Assembly: GCF_020745735.1 (NCBI RefSeq) | Contig: NC_083445.1 | Coordinates: 2,108,001-2,172,000, forward strand | Source: Hemiscyllium ocellatum | Lineage: Eukaryota | Direction of reading: 5' to 3' | Length of the DNA stretch: 64,000 nt | Shown here: piece by piece, positions 61,680 through 64,000 of the stretch | How positions within the stretch are numbered: position 1 is the first letter of the stretch | How the letters are laid out: each line of letters opens with the position of its first letter | Notes under the pieces: generated by a model | The model's input: only the letters and a program-made list of their open reading frames with translations | What the model was told of the DNA's origin: nothing | Database searches by the model: none | Program-made: the position numbers and the translations under genes

Positions 61680-62275
61680 TGACAGAATACATGCCTGTGA
61701 GAGGGTGTGCGTGAGTGTGTGTGTGAGGGAGAGGGCATGTGTGTGAGAGAGGTTCCGAGTGAGTATGTGTGTCATCATGTCTAGGAGCATGTGCATATGT
61801 ATGCTTGTGCGTGAGTGCATGTGTGTGAGAATGTAGTGTAGTGGGGTCACCTGTAGTGTGACATGGACCCAGATCCCGGTTGAGGCCATCCTCATGGATA
61901 CTGAACTTGGCTATCAGCCTGTCTGAGCTGAAATGTCACCTTTTCTCATACCGATAAAACCTTAAGTTATCTCAGGACTATGAGGTGAAAGAAGTTCTGG
62001 GATTTACATATTAATTAATTGAAACCTGCATCCCCATTCTAAGTGACTAAATACCTAACAGCAATCTAGGTTTATTCAATACATTGCATCAGTTGTATGA
62101 CACTTTGATCTTTTACTATAGATTCTGTGTCCTATGATCCTGCCCCACTGGCTACCTGACGAAGGAGCAGCACTCCAAAAGCTTGTACTTTCTAATAAAC
62201 TTGTTGGACTATAACCTGGTGCTGTGTGACTTGTAACTTTGTCCACTCTAGTCCAACACAAGCACCTCCACATCA
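61680..62275. mobile_element. PLE family-B fragments in inverted arrangement
   Basis: Minus about 61920-61860 reads LIAKFSIHEDGLNRDLGPCH-like PLE C-terminus with a CA-rich UTR. The plus-strand terminus at 61925-62275 carries a decayed hammerhead (GAAA changed to AAAA). Confidence 0.7.
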
Positions 62276-62961
62276 AATATAAATGATGTAAGTAATGGAT
62301 AAGGCCAGCAAATAAGAATACAATGTGTTGCATAGAGTCCTTCAGAGGAGGAAGGACAAGCTAAAATAACAATATTAAAAATGCTTCCTTATCAGCAACC
62401 ATTAGTAATGTCTGTTATGACTTCTCAGTATCTGAATTTCTCTTCCATCCAAGGATAAAACAAACCTTAGCACAGCTGCATCCTCAATCAGGAAAAAAAT
62501 ACTTACTCTCACATCCTTTTAAGTCTTGCAGTCCTAGATGACAGAGACTCCTGTATAACATTTACTACAGGAATTTCATGTTAATTAGTGTTGGCACTTA
62601 AAAGTCTCAAGGGAGCTACTGATCTACAGTGGCAATACAGGGGTGTATTTACACATGCAATAACATTGAAGAAATTTTCTCAGACTCATGTTTAAGGCAA
62701 CAGGATGTCATCACTTTAATGGCAACTAATTTTGAAATATGATCATCTTTGAACAATAGACTTGCTCTTCAAAAACTGGATTTAAACTTCCCCAAATGTG
62801 TATTTCTGTTAGAGCTTTAAGAGCAGAAGGGAATGGAAGACTTAAAAACAAACTATCTTCATGACAGTAGTATTCATAATGGATTGCTGGTTACACTCTG
62901 GATGAATATTTATGAAAAAATATATTTTGGAATTACTGTTTGTAATAATTGTGTACAGAAC

Positions 62962-63553
62962 TGTAGTGATCGGAACCAGCTGGATCTTATTGACTATGAG
63001 ATCCTTGATTTGGGTTGTTAACCTGGGCCAATCGGGTAACCCTAGCTGACCCAATATTAATAGGAGATTTTCAGGGAGAGGTGGGCACACTGCGGTGTGG
63101 AGTGCTTTATTTCCCCCTCCAACTCTATTTTGATTTAATCCCTATTTTTTTCATTTACATAGGCATTGCCCTTGATGAGAAGGGCACTCCTTGTCACTGG
63201 CCACTCAGGTTTTTATCCTTCCTGATGGTGGAATACGAACAAAGTTTTCTGCACTCAACATTTCTTCACTGTGTCCTGCACCTGGGCGCACACAACATGG
63301 GTGCTGGGGAGAAGTAAGCATTGCGGCTGTTTGGCAGTAGAGTGGGGGATTTTTAAGGAAAAAAATATATAACCAGAAGATTAGAATCTCCTCAGTTGAG
63401 AATTGACTCAAAAAATATATAAACAGTGAATTCAGAGAGTCTCCTGACTTCCGGGACTGACTTTTGAGCTGGCTGGACACAGCCAGTATACTATACACAT
63501 ATAAATAAAGGGTGACTTTGTGATGGGATACCAGTCTCTGTGTAGTTATTTCA
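62962..63553 (+). mobile_element. Solo LTR with perfect 5-bp TSD
   Basis: AGAAC|TGTAGTGA...TTATTTCA|AGAAC, 592 bp, with CCAAT, TATA-like and AATAAA motifs inside. Confidence 0.85.
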
Positions 63554-64000
63554 AGAACCTAATAAGTTTGATGTTTAACTACTATTTTAATGACAATGCC
63601 AACCTGAAACAGGTTAATTTTACCATTAGAACAGCAGGGAGAAGAAAACAAAAGTGATGACTATCTGCTGATATTACCAAACATGCCAGGCTTAAATCTC
63701 AATATTTATGGAAGTACAGTTGGAAGTTAAACTCACAGCCAATTCTAAAAAAAACGCATTTTGATATTTTCTGGACTATAGAGTGAAAATGAGAAAATTG
63801 GGCACTCCTTTCAAAAGTGGAGAATAGAATGATTTGTTTGTGATTTTGGTAAAGTAAGTGAAGTTAACTGGTGTGCATAAAACAATGCTACGTTTTGGTG
63901 ACTTTGAGTCCAGACAAATTGGCACCATTGGTTATGGGTTCAGGAGAGCTCAACATAAGCCAGGACATAGTAGGCTATAGACAAAGTGTAGGTAAATTGG

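Overview
This is eukaryotic DNA, almost certainly from an elasmobranch (shark or ray). That is inferred from HE1-type V-SINEs and HER1/CR1 LINEs; no prokaryotic features or CRISPR arrays are present. Most of the window is decayed transposable elements: CR1 LINEs (two near full-length), one near full-length L1, Rex1/Babar and other LINE fragments, a Gmr1-type Gypsy relic, solo LTRs, SINEs and many Penelope-like element (PLE) pieces whose ends carry minimal hammerhead ribozymes. One host gene is supported on the + strand, an ICAM/VCAM/MAdCAM-like Ig-superfamily receptor. It has a signal-peptide exon at 5288-5348, a decayed integrin-binding domain 1 at about 5450-5804, intact Ig exons at 25643-25957 and 27459-27752, and a TM/tail exon at 28595-28716 with a mid-membrane Glu. 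The most unusual observations are: (i) 90-180 bp hammerhead-headed mini-insertions with 9-16 bp target-site duplications; (ii) an intronless INCENP mRNA fragment fused in frame to a PLE 3' end and sitting inside the Gypsy integrase; (iii) an approximately 1.8 kb G-rich minisatellite palindrome apparently made by a templated inversion; (iv) loss of domain 1 from the ICAM-like gene while the downstream exons stay open. All calls are by eye from motifs, with no database searches. Most TE boundaries are approximate to tens of bp.
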